Positions 1 to 12,485 of a stretch of 64,000 bases of DNA are shown piece after piece (position 1 is the stretch's first letter; every line of letters begins with the position of its first letter). Both the position numbers and the translations under genes were made by a program. A model generated the notes under the pieces. That model ran no database searches. It worked only from the letters and a program-made list of their open reading frames with translations, and was not told the DNA's origin. Source of the DNA: Eledone cirrhosa (Eukaryota); contig OZ024744.1 in the NCBI GenBank assembly GCA_964016885.1, positions 48,484,001-48,548,000 of the forward strand. Direction: 5' to 3'.

Positions 1-3000
1 GTTTTCTACGGCTGGATGCCCTTCCTAACACTAACCACGTTTACAGTGTGGACTGGGGGTTTTTTACCGTGTTACTTACATGACCACATTACAGTGTGGT
101 CTGTGTGTTTCTTTGTTGTGACACCTACACAACCTCATTTATTTTGGACTGGATGTTGTGGTACCAACATGACTTTACAGAGAAAGGGTGGTGTTGGTGG
201 GAGTGTGTGGGGGGAGGGGGTAGTAGGGGTAGTGGGATGGGGTATATATTTGGTTAAGAGGTGCCTACTGACTGTAGGTTTCGCATTGTACATAGGCAAG
301 GCGGGTCTTCTGTATTAATGCGTAGCGCCAAAGCTCTCGGTCCAGTGACATTGTCTTAGAGAGGTGTAAGTGTGTAAGGTTGGAATTTATCAAATCGTCT
401 CAGGTTTTTCTGGGTCTACCTACTCTGTAACTTCCATCAATTTTGATCGCCATGCACTTTTTTTTATACAACTGTCATCTTTCATGCATATAATGTGACC
501 ATACCAACATAGTCTTCTCTTGAGTAAACAGCATCTGATCCCTCTTATTCCTAATTTCTCATTTAGTTCATTTATGCTTTGCCATTCGCATATTCTACTA
601 GTACACATCCAATGGAGCATGGATGCTTCATTCCTCTCCAGTCTGCACAGATCCTCTGCACACAAATCCCATGTCTCACTGCCATGTAACATTGATGTTT
701 CTTATACAGGCATCATACAATCTGCCTTTCATTTTTAGAGAGAAACATTTAGTGGCCAATAGTGGTATAAGCTCTCTGAACTTTTCCCATCCTGTTCTGA
801 CTCTGTCTACTGTATACCCTCCACCACTGCTGATTTTGTCACCCAGGTAACAGAAGTCATCCACTATTTCTATAGAACCATCTGGGCAATAGAAGGAGCT
901 AGTATCCTGTGTGCACTTGCTACTTATTTCACCTGAGCATCGACCACATATAAAATCTACGATCTTAGATAGCTTACCTGTGATCCCACTACATCTTTTA
1001 TGTACCCATACTTTGCATTTGGGACATAATATGGAAATTCTGCCTACTCCTTTCATACATACTGGGCATGGCCATTTCCCAGAGGGTACCTGTACCCTAT
1101 TTTTCTTTCTACATACTAGAACTTTAGTCTTACACAAGTGAACTTTAGGGCCTTTTGATTCTAGGCCATGCTTCCATGTTTGGAATTTCTTCTCTAGTTC
1201 AGCCATCAATTCAGCTATGAGAGTTAGGTCATCTACGTGTAGAAGTTCCCATGGGCAGCCGGTCTTGAACTCCTCTGTTATATCCTGAATGGCAATAATA
1301 AATAGGAGGGGGCTAAGGACAGAGCCTTGATGAACACCAACTTTCACACTAAATTCTTCACTATATTCGTTGTTAATTCTAACCTTGCTGACTGTTTCTT
1401 TATACATGGTATGTATAACTCTCACAAGTCATTCATCAACACCTAGTTTTCTAAGAGCCCACCAGATAATGGAGCAGGGAACTCTGTCAAAGGCTTTCTC
1501 CAAGTCAACAAAAGCTAAGTATAGGGGTTTACTTTTAACTATGTACTTCTGTAGTTGCCGTACAAGCAAAAGAGTGTCCATGGTACTTTTACCTGACACA
1601 AACCCGAAATGCATTTCATCTAGATCAATTTGCTCTCTGATTAGTTGTGCTATAACTCTTTCTGTGACCTTCATGACCTGGTCAACTAATTTAATGCCTC
1701 TGTAGTTTTCCCTATCTAGAGCATCTCCTTTACCCTTGAAGCAGTTAATGATGATGCTGCTACACCAATCATTTGGTATGATCCCATTCTGTATTACTTG
1801 GTTAACTATACGGGTGACCATAGTATGTTACACCATTCCAGATGCTTTCAGTATTTCAGCAACTATCTCCGAAGGCCCAGCTGCTTTGCCTGTCTTCACA
1901 TCTTCGATTGCCTTACTTATTATACTACCTTCGACTTGTACCACTGGTCCCACTATTGGATCGATTTGGGGCAGACTATCTTTTTCCCATTTATTCTCCT
2001 CATTTAGTAGCCTCTCGTAGTGACACTTCCAAGCTACCTTCTTATCAGTGTCAGTGATGGCAAGTACACCATCATCGTTACGGACACACTTCTCCCTGAC
2101 AATATCACGGTTTTCCTTGACACATTGTCTTGCAATCCTAAACACGTTACGTTTTTGGTCCTCACGTAGAACATGCTTGAACTTTCTTTCCTCTGCTTCC
2201 CTTCTTGCAAAGTACACTTGTCTCCTAGCTTCTCTCCTGGCCACTTGATAGTGTTCTCTGCTTCCCTCATCCCGCCATACTTTCCAAGCCTCTTTTTGGC
2301 CTTGATTGACTCCTCCACCTTACTGTTCCACCACCAAGTTACTCTCCTCCTGCCTATAGGTCTGCTCCAGCCACAGATTTCATCTGTTGCCTTCAGCAGG
2401 TTAACTTTCAGGAATTTCCACTGTTCCTCTATATTGTACGTCTCTAATTGCTGTTCCTTACTGTCAAAAGCAACAAGTAATATGCTTTTCAATTTTTTTA
2501 CTGGCTGTGGGGTCCTTTAACTTCAATATTCTTCTCCTAAGGATAGTCCTCCTCTGTTGTCGAGTACATCTAGTCCTGACTATGAGGTCAGTAACTATGA
2601 GGCTATGTTGGGAAGTGCATTATTTACTGGGGAGGGATTTAGTGTTTACAACAGACACTTTGTCACGTCTTCTGGTAAGGATATAATCTATCTGACCGGC
2701 GTGTTCCCCTGATCTATAGGTGATCAAGTGATTGTCTCATCTTTTGAAGTTTGTGTTGCAGATAGTTAGGTTATTAGCATCACAGAATTACAGGATCCTG
2801 AAGCCTTCCTCATTTCTAGTACCAAACCCATAGCCTCCATGGATTCCATCATAGCCGTCACAATGTTGTCCAACATGACCATTTAGGTCGCCAGCAATAA
2901 TTATGTAGTCACTGTCGGTTATTTGGGAGGTAGTGAGCATTAACGACTCATAGAATTTGTCTTTTATAACGCCAGGTAGGCCAGAGGTGCATAAGCGGAT

Positions 3001-3150
3001 ATTATTGTCACAGTAGTTATATTTAGGACTAGTCTTATTTTAATTATTCTGTTGTTCACTCTATTTACGGCAATTACCTTATCTACCCATTTTTCTGCTA
3101 ACATGATTCCTACTCCACCCAGACCATTGTCATTTCCCACCCAGAAAAAT
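1..3150 (-). mobile_element. Decayed RTE-type non-LTR retrotransposon (APE endonuclease + RT with inserted PHD finger), 5'-truncated; its 3' UTR runs off the window start
   Basis: Consecutive minus-strand ORF pieces: FFWVGNDNGLGGVGIML..IISAYAP (endonuclease, about 2985-3150), KGKGDALDRENYRGIKL and LAFVDLEKAFDRVP (1429-1821), GVHQGSVLSPLLF and LLHVDDL (676-1425), [16 protein letters not shown] (420-692). Many stops and frameshifts. Confidence 0.93.
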
Positions 3151-3534
3151 GATATATATATATATATATATATATATTTACTAAAATTGTTTCTTTCATC
3201 ATTCACTCTCACCTGGGAACAGTTTTATATGCCATCAGTTTGTGATTTAAACTCGGGAATTTTATATTCTCCGAGCAAGAAGAGCCTTCTGAAGAGAATT
3301 CCTTTCTCAATGGAAATCTGCTTGGATTATCCATTTATTTTGGAACTTGAAACCACGATAAAAGCACATATAGTAAGTACAGTGAATTTTTTAAAATTTA
3401 TTTTAAAACTTTTTCTCTATTTGCTAGACCTGGATTTTATATGCTCTGGCTTGTTAATTTATTAACCCGCCATAGAAGCACATTGTCATACGGTTGGATA
3501 ATACTTGTTTCCCTATATGTATTTTTTACACATA

Positions 3535-3596
<62 letters not shown>

Positions 3597-3601
<5 letters not shown>

Positions 3602-4480
3602 GACAGCTTCTGCTACCTAGGTGACCGAATTAGCAGCGGAGGTGGGTGTTTGGAAATTACAATAACTAGTGTAAGATCAGGGAGCTACTGCCACTGCTAA
3701 CTGCAAAAGGCTTTTCCCTCAAAATAAAAGGCAGACTATGATGCGTGTATACGAACAGCAATGTTATATGGCAGTGAGACCTGGGCGCTGACTGTGGAAG
3801 ACTTGCGTAGATTAGAAAGAAATGAAGCCTGCATGCTCTGATGGATGTGTAATAGTAATATACGCGAACGGCAAAGCATAAATGAATTGAGAGAGAGTCA
3901 GAGCATAAGAGGAATCAAATGCTGTGTGCAGGAGAGGCAGTTGCGCTGGTATGGACATGTGATGCGTATGAAGGATGACAGCTGCATAAAAAGGTGCAGA
4001 GCACTAGAAGTCGATCGAAAGCGCAGAGTAGGGAGACCCAAGAAGACCTGGGATGAGGTGATAAAAGCCGACCTTACCCAATTACACTTCTCAAAGGCGA
4101 TGACACACGACCGTGACCTCTGGCTTCAGTAATACAGAAGACCCGACCCCCCACGGGTACAAGCCAAATCTGAAGCATATAGACAATATGCCCCCACACC
4201 CTCCCACTGCAAAGTGGTCGTGGAGGTGCTCGGCAAAAAAGCACCCAGCCCACACTGTAAAGTGGACGTGTAGGCGCCACGGAAAAAAAAGCACCCAGCA
4301 CTCACTGTAAATGAGGTTGGTGTTAGAATGGGCATCCAGCTGTAGAAATCAAGCCAGAATCAGTTGCTGTATGAGCAAGACAAGGTCAGCCGACCAGACA
4401 CTGCCCACAACAGGACAACCCATCTAACCCATGCTAGCGTGGAAGAACGGACGTAAAACGATGATGATGATGATGATGAT
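3597..4480 (+). mobile_element. 3' fragment of the RTE/PHD LINE family with 3' UTR and (GAT)n tail
   Basis: [33 protein letters not shown], then a UTR with repeated cactgtaaa units and a (GAT)n tail. The 5' end abuts (TA)n. Confidence 0.9.
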
Positions 4481-4595
4481 ATATATATATGTGTGTGTGT
4501 GTGTGAGTGTGTATAAACCCATGCTAGCGTGTAAGATGGACGTTAAACAATGATGATGATTAAACGATGGATGTGTATACATATCCTTGTATATA

Positions 4596-4890
4596 CTAAC
4601 AGAATGGCCCGGTGTTGCTCGGGATTCTAAACATAGATTGGCATGTTTATCCCTATTTCTGAAACAGTTTCGGCGTATATTCACCAATTGATGCAGAAAT
4701 CCTAATATAAAGTGAAGTCGGCTTAGGTGAATAGGCAAATAATATCCATTAAGAATTTTCAAAAGCTTATAATTGCGTTCCCTCTCTTTTTTGTTGTTGT
4801 TTTTGCTGCTGTCGAACCTCGTGAAATAAATACGTTTTTTCTTATTTTGTTATTGTGTATGCAAAAATATCTGTACATGAATATATAATT
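4596..4890 (-). mobile_element. Helitron-like 3' segment
   Basis: The minus strand ends ..CCCGAGCAACACCGGG (hairpin) CCATTCTGTTAG|T. About 75 nt match the Helitron end at 61469. Confidence 0.7.
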
Positions 4891-4899
4891 ATATATATA

Positions 4900-5899
4900 T
4901 CTATATATCTAAAACAGGAAATGTCTGTCTGTCTGTCCAATCACTAAAACTCGAGAACCACCAAACCGATTGTTTTCAAACTTTACACATGTAATACTTA
5001 TGGTCCTGTGAGTGTTTTGAGCAAAACCAATTTCAAATGTTCAATGCGATTTAGCGATCTCTCTCTCTTAGTCTTTTTCTTTAGATACATAGATATAACG
5101 TTGCACACTTATAATATATGTCTGTATGCCTGGCTGTCTGCATTACGACATTATGACGTAGCTGTGTGTGTGTATATTTATGTATATATAGTGTGTATAT
5201 ATATATATATATATAGCGTGTAACGTTTTTCGAAATATTTACTTCTGCGTTCACAAATTAATTTTTTTAATTTTAGTTTCAGAAGATCCCGTTGAGGGTG
5301 AAAGCAGCGATTCTTTGCTTAAACAAATGTATATATTTTGCGATAATGTTTTGGAAAAAACCCTGGTTATCTACGACGAATCTTTTTTATAAGCACAAAA
5401 GCACAAAATGTAGACACCATCCCGAAGCTGAGGTATTCCATACTTCTCTGTACTGTTATATATATATAATTCTCAGACTGGGTGATGTGTTCTTTCCTTG
5501 AGTAAGACACATTGCTCCAGTTTACTCAACTGTAGGAATGAGATGATAGGGACTGGGGTCCATATCATTCCACTGCAAAGTGGTCGTGGAGGTGCCACGG
5601 CAAAAAAGTACTGAGCACTCACTGTAAATGAGGTTGGTGTTAGGAAGGGCATCCAGCTGTAGCAATCAAGCCAGAATCAGTTCCCGTCCCACCCTTGCAA
5701 GCAGGGAAAAAGCGGACATAAAATGGAATGATGATGAATGATGATGATAATTATATATTCGTGTACAGATATTTTTGCATACACAATAACAAAATATAAA
5801 CAAACGTATTTATTTCACGAGGCTCAATAAGGATAAATATATATCAAATATATAAGAACCCTAGAACAAATCCTGAGCAACGCCAGGCCATTCTGCTAG
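4900..5899 (+). mobile_element. Non-autonomous Helitron mosaic (5' TC ... hairpin-CTAG 3') enclosing PLE and LINE fragments
   Basis: A|TCTATATATCTAAAAC..(GTCT)n start matches the 62306 end of the full copy. It ends CCTGAGCAACGCCAGG..CTGCTAG|T. Whether both ends belong to one element is uncertain. Confidence 0.55.
5275..5324 (+). ncRNA. Hammerhead-like motif, CAGAAGA-core family
   Basis: AGTTT-CAGAAGA-TCCCGTTGAGGGT-GAAA-GCA..TGC-TT-AAAC. Confidence 0.55.
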
Positions 5900-5913
5900 T
5901 ATATATTAAAATA

Positions 5914-5989
5914 ACAGATTAAAGTTTAAGTGAAGAATCGCTGCTTTCACCCTTAACGGGATCTTCTGAAATTAAAAAAGTCAATCTGT
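5914..5989 (-). ncRNA. Hammerhead-like motif, CAGAAGA-core family (helix III decayed)
   Basis: Reverse complement of the 22692 and 43064 motif. Confidence 0.55.
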
Positions 5990-5996
5990 GAACGCA

Positions 5997-6546
5997 CGCT
6001 AGCATGGGTTTGATGGGAGTTGTCCCAATTTGAGGTAAGGTTGGTTGGGTGACCGTGTCTCGCTCATATAGGACTATCTGGCAGGTTTTCTACAGCTGGA
6101 TGCCCTTCCTAACACCAACCACATTTACAGTGTGGACTGGGAACTTTTTACCGTGTTACCTGGACTCTGTTTTTTTTGTTGTGACACCTACACGATCTTG
6201 ATCTCATCTCATTTATTTGGACTGGATGTTGTGGTACAGAGAGAAGGTGGTGTTGGTGGGAGTGGGAGGATGGAGTAGGGGTAGTGGATTGGGGTGTATA
6301 TTTGGTTAAGAGGTGCCTACTGACTGGAGGTTTCAATTTGTACATAGGCAAGGCGGGTCTTCTGTATTACTGTGTGGCGCCAAAGATCTCGATCCAGTGA
6401 CATTGTCTTAGAGAGGTGCAAGTGTGTAAGGTTGGAATTTGTCAAATTGTCCCAGGTTTTTCTGCCTACTCCGTAACTTCCATCAATTTTGATCGCCCTG
6501 CACTTTTTTATACAGCTGTCGTCTTTCATGCATATCACGACAGCTG
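5997..6546 (-). mobile_element. 3' fragment of the RTE/PHD LINE family
   Basis: [20 protein letters not shown] plus a UTR close to positions 1-490. Confidence 0.88.
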
Positions 6547-6637
6547 TATATATATATATGTGTGTATATATATATATATAATGTATATTTATATATATAT
6601 ATATGTGTGTGTATATATATATTTATATATATATATA

Positions 6638-6694
<57 letters not shown>

Positions 6695-6853
6695 ATATAT
6701 ATACATATATATATATATATTATATATATTGAATATTTATATATATATACATATACATATTTATATATATAAATATACATTATATATATATACATAGATA
6801 TGTATACACAACCATATATATACACACACTCACACACATCCACATATATACAT

Positions 6854-6893
<40 letters not shown>

Positions 6894-7271
6894 ACAATTA
6901 TTAATATTTTTGATCAACTTTAAGATATATATGTATATATTCCTTAATAGACATTTTCCCATAAACATAAGATTTATTACACTTTTTTCAAAGAAAACGA
7001 AATACACAACAACATTATCATTATTATTATCATAAGATAAATAAATAATAAATATATAAAGAAATCATTATTATTATCATTATTATCATTATTATTCATA
7101 TTTTCATAAAAAAATAAGAAGATTGATTAATTCAAAAATTATTTAGAATTACATCTGATAAAATTAATTTCTTCCGTCCGAAATATAATTCAACTTTAAT
7201 TATAATTAACAGGAGAAAGAAAAATTAATTACTTTTTAATATATATGTGTGTTCATGTGTACATATATGCA

Positions 7272-7307
<36 letters not shown>

Positions 7308-7355
7308 CAGACATATATATATATACAGACATATATATATATATATACATATACA

Positions 7356-7411
<56 letters not shown>

Positions 7412-8129
7412 CATATATATATATATATATATTAATATATATAGAGCCATATATATATATCATATCCATATATGTATATATATATTATATGTATGTATCC
7501 ATACACACACGCACACAAATATATATAGATACTCACACAGATGCACATACTTATAATCAATGGAAATTAGACATTAAACCGTGATGATGATGATGATGGT
7601 GATGTTTATATGTGTATAAATACATGCGCATATATATATAAATATATATATATACATATATATGTATACACATGCATATATATATATATATATACACATA
7701 TATATAAATGCACATACATATACATATATATATACACATAAATACACATATATATATACATATACATATACTTACATACATATATATACATAAATATACA
7801 TAAATATATATATATATATACATACATATACTTACATGTATATATATCATCATCATTATCATGACCTTTTAATGTCCATTTTCCATACTAGCATTTATAT
7901 ATATATATATCAGGGAAAAGCGGATGTAAAAGTAAAATGATGATGATGATGATGATGATGATGATAGAGAGAGAGAGGAAGAGAGAAAGAAAGAGGTATA
8001 AAGTGATTGAGTTAGAGAGAGGGAGCTAGAACGAGAGTGGGAGGTTGTGAAAGATTTTTATCATTCCCTCCCACCCCCACCCCCATCAACTCGGGGGGGG
8101 GGGGGGTGAAATAAATACAATAAAAAAAA

Positions 8130-8290
8130 TAAATAAATCACATGACCAGTCATGATAATTCTTAAGATATGGTTGCGCATATATCACATGATCGGTGAGA
8201 GATTGGAGGAAATGATCGGAAGAACAGATTCCGTTTGATCTAGAATCTTCTAGAAGCTCAAAGATTTTCTCCCGGATAACTTTGGTTTAA
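8130..8290. promoter_or_regulatory. Candidate cis-regulatory cluster: heat shock element, two TCACATGA E-boxes, inverted CCAAT
   Basis: aGAAt-cTTCt-aGAAg at 8242-8256; TCACATGA at 8138 and 8184; ATTGG at 8202. Unique sequence that retains CpG. Confidence 0.4.
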
Positions 8291-8520
8291 TGAAAATATA
8301 TATAATGTCTCGTCTTCTCATCTCTGTTATGTTATGACAGGGGAAAATTAATTGCTGTGTTTTTTGTGGTGGTGTTAATGCACTGTAATATTATATAATT
8401 TATATAATTTAATATATGATACAGTGTATGTGTTCTCTCTTAGTGTGTATGTTTGAGAACATCATATACACACACATATATATATGCATATTCATGTATA
8501 TATATATATATGTATATATG

Positions 8521-8558
<38 letters not shown>

Positions 8559-8702
8559 CATGTATGTATATGTATATGTATATATATATATATGGAGAGA
8601 GAGAGAGAGAGAGGGAGAGAGTGAGAGAGAATGAGAGAGAGAGAGGGAGAGAAAGTAAGTAGAATCAAAGTCAGTATTACAGCATATGTTCAAACTTTAT
8701 TG

Positions 8703-8791
8703 GCATATTACAATTGTTTTGATATTGATTAGCTCAGGGTACAATCAAAATGATGGTGCCCGACTGTTCTTTGACATCTCATCAGATATGC
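8703..8791 (-). ncRNA. Type I hammerhead motif with G12A core mutation and long helix II
   Basis: GCATAT-CTGATGA-GATGT..ATATC-AAAA-CAATTG-TA-ATATGC. Perfect 6-bp helix I and palindromic ACAATTGT helix III. Confidence 0.7.
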
Positions 8792-9879
8792 GAGTTTTCA
8801 TGTGCAAAGGCACATTTAAACTTAGCCGCCTTAATTCTGAAATACAACCCAATGCAAGACGAACCTCGTAACAGCATTGAGTTCTTCGAATGGTGTCCCA
8901 CCTCTAACTGTTGTAACACATGCAACTAACATATAAAAATAATTATAGAAGGGAAAATTAGCTTTTAAATCATTTTTAATTCCTTACATATGTTTCAAGT
9001 GAGTTGTACATTAAGTTATTCCAATATTATTCCAATATTGTTAAGTGAAAATTTGTATAATATAGATCTATATATATACAAAATGATATATAGATATATT
9101 GTTTGCATTTCTTAAGTCTACTTTTTCTTCAGACCAATATAATATATAAACACATTGAGTTAATTCTGAAAAGGCATGGTAATTATATGCTATCATATAT
9201 AATACTCTACATACAATTGAGCTTTGTATATATGGTTTTACCTTTGTTCTCTCTCTCTATATATAAATTTATTGCTCCAACCTGTCTACGCACCATCAAT
9301 AACTACCCTAAATATACATACATTACACATATATATACTATATACATATATATATGCAAACAAGCAAGTAGGACTGTCAAACACACAAATCTGAATGCAG
9401 ACACACCCAAAATAAACACAAAGCCTTCATCGTAAATAATAGACTCAGAAAACAAAGCCAACCATAAATAAAATAACTAGTGGACAAGACCATTAGATTC
9501 TAAACATTTGTAAAAATCCAAGCCAATCCTGAAATGTCTATACTAGAAGTAAGACATCCTCCATAATCCCTACCACAGACATCAACCATATTTCCAAATC
9601 ACTAACCCGCTCTAAATATGAGTTTGGAGGAGACAGATTTTTTCAAGCTGCAGCCGTCTAATTATACAGTTTCTGGAACTCTCAGAGCAAAACATTCTAG
9701 TCTGATCACTTTGAAATTTGCTTTAAATTAAAATTTAGAAACTGCTTTCAAGTGTTGTGTTTTGAAGTTTGCATAGTATCTGCAGGAAGTAAGAGGATGA
9801 TGTCAATTGCCATATATATAATTGAAGCAAATTTGTTGTGTTTAGGTTGTGTGTGCATGTGGGTGTGACGTTTTATGTC

Positions 9880-10420
9880 AAGTATTGTGTGCAGAGTTTG
9901 AATCTATTGTTTATTTGTGGTGTGAGCCTATGTATAAGTAGTGCTTACTCTATTCTCAAGTTGCCCATATTTCTCTCTCTGGCTTCAACAGTAACTGTTA
10001 TGTTTTTGTTGGTGTTTTGCATTTGTCAATGCATTTTTGAATGAGGATGTGTGTGTGTTTTGAAGTGCTCTTTAATGCAGGTGTGGAGTGGTCAAGTCAT
10101 GCTACCATTTGTCGCATTCAATGCGGTATACCACATCTGTCCTCTGGCACATACCTGTCATGGATAGTAAGCGTGCATTGGTTGTCTCTGGATTGCTTTT
10201 TGGATAGGTGTCGTTTCAGGGAAAGATTGCAGAGATTTAATTGTGTTGGAGGAGGTCTTATGCCTATACTGCATTTGATGTGGATATTGGGTATCTATTC
10301 ATCTTCAGTACATCCACGTAGTGTGCAGTGTGAGTGATCTGGTCTTCCATCTTGCTGTATTTACTCAGGATATGTGTAAATTCATTTATTATGCATCCGG
10401 TTTTAGCACCAAGGGGAAGG
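9880..10420 (-). pseudogene. Penelope-like element remnant, GIY-YIG endonuclease region
   Basis: Frameshifted minus-strand translation DVVYRIECD..HTCIKEHF..ITVTVEARERNMGNLRIE*ALIIHRLTPQINNR, typical of a PLE GIY-YIG C-terminus. Confidence 0.65.
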
Positions 10421-10729
10421 GCTGACCTATAATGCATAAACAGGTATCTGCTGGTGGCTTTCTTATAGAAGTTAGTGTATATAGCACCTTCTGTTATTCT
10501 AAACTGGAAGTCCAGCAGAGACAGGAAACATTTTTATTGGGATGTTCTATGGTGAATCATATGTTTGAGAACGTCATGGATATGTTGGCCTCTTCATGGG
10601 ATGATGTGAGGATGAGAAACAAGGGCTCAGAGGGATGGGCCAAATGCCAGGGAGGCAGTAGACAAGCAAACAATAGTGAGAAAAACAAGGAGAGAATAGA
10701 AGAGCAAGAAACAGAGTGAGAGAAAAGGT

Positions 10730-11905
10730 TCAGGGTGCTCAAAGTTGTAGGGTACCTTGGAAGAGGGAAACATAGGATGAAATGATAAAGGCTGACCTGG
10801 CACAGCTGAACCTCTCAAGGGAGATGAGACAGGTCAAAGACCTCATACACTACAATGTATGAAAGAAGACCTGAGCTGACAACCCAGTCCAGCCCACACT
10901 GAATGCTGGTTTGTGCTTAGGAAGGGCATCCAGCAGCTGTAAAAACCTAGCCAAAACATGGTCCCCCTATGAGCAAGGTTTGGTGCGGCTAACTGGTTAG
11001 ACTTGTCTCATAATGGTACTACACAGTAAATGTGGTTGATGTTAGGAAGGTTTTCCAGCTGTAAAAAAACAGCCAAAATATGGTTCTGTTATGAATAAGG
11101 TACGATGCGTCAAACTGACCAGACACACCTCGTAACTTGACCCCCAAGCCCACACTCTAAACGTAGTTGATGTTTAGAAAGGGTATACAGCAGCTGCCAA
11201 AATTCCTCTACAATGTTGTCGAAAGGTCTAAAGATCCCAATCCTCCCTGTAATATGGTCATACTGGTGACATAACAAAAGCCCCTAGTCCACCATGTAAG
11301 GTGCTTGTGATGGTGAAAGAGCACCCAAGCCACCTTGTTAGGTGGTTGTGTTGGTGACATGACAAAAAACATCCAACCCACCCTGTAAGTTAGTGTGCTG
11401 GTGACACAATAAAAAGCACTGAGTATACACTGTAAACACCATTGGTATTAGGAAAGGAATCCAGCCATAGATACCAAGGCAGAAATGGTTTTGTATGCAC
11501 AAGACATGATAAGCTGACTGAACTTGTGTCTCACAATGGGACAACTTATCTAACCTATGCTAGCATGGAAAAGTGAATGTTAAACAGTGATGATGATATA
11601 TACACATCTATGAAAAAAGGGACTGGAATCACACCTGTCATGTACACTGTGGTGGTTGTGTCACGAGAAAAACACACACAATCCACGCTGAAATTTGGTC
11701 GTGTAGGTAACACGGTAAAAAGTTCCCAGTTCCACACTGTAAATGTGATTGGTGTTAGGAAGGGCATCCAGCTGTAGAAAACCTGCCAGATAGTCCTATA
11801 TGAGCGAGACACAGTCACCCGACCAACCTTGCCTCAAGTGGGACAACTCCCGTCTAACCCATGCTAACATGGAAAATGGACGTTAAACGAAGATGATAAT
11901 GATGA
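10730..11905 (+). mobile_element. Cluster of degraded RTE/PHD LINE 3' ends with repeated UTR modules
   Basis: Several ttaggaagggcatccagctgta-type motifs, and acccatgctagcatggaaaa..(GAT)n tails near 11550-11600 and 11855-11905. Confidence 0.75.
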
Positions 11906-12318
11906 TAACAAATTAAAATTGAATACATTTTAATTAATTTAAGGTACATCTATGAGCCAGAATAAACAAAGAGTATATTTTCAGAACAGTTGAGAAAGTT
12001 AAGAATTTGGAATTTAAGGCTAAACTTAAAGGTAACAGCTTCAAGCACTTGCAAGTATATATATATATATATTTTTTTTCCATGCTTGCTTGGGTTGATA
12101 TATATAGGCTTATGATATATATATATGATGAGTATTTATGTGTATGTGTATATATATGTGTGTATGTGTGTCTATGTGGGTATGTAATTATGTAAGTATA
12201 AGTATGTATGTACGTACGCATGTATGTAAGTACATTTTTGTTTAACAGTGCATGAATTTAATTATAATGGCAGACACAAAAACACTCTCACATGTGTTGG
12301 CTCTGTCTCTCTCTTTCG

Positions 12319-12358
<40 letters not shown>

Positions 12359-12395
12359 GGTGTTGGATGCTTAAAGCGTCCATTTGTGGTAGGCC

Positions 12396-12485
12396 GTATC
12401 TGAGGACCTTGCGATTTTCAGAGTCAGGTTCGATCATCACATCGATCGTGCCTCGTGCTGGTGGCCAGAGAAACGATTGTAATAT
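12396..12485 (+). ncRNA. Decayed type I hammerhead motif with long helix II
   Basis: GTAT-CTGAGGA-[63 nt containing a CGATC/GATCG hairpin]-GAAA-CGATTG-TA-ATAT. Helix II closure is poor. Confidence 0.5.

Noticed and set aside
9640-9720. Hammerhead in the UTR of the 10 kb PLE fossil
   Set aside because: The core and helices could not be assembled convincingly.
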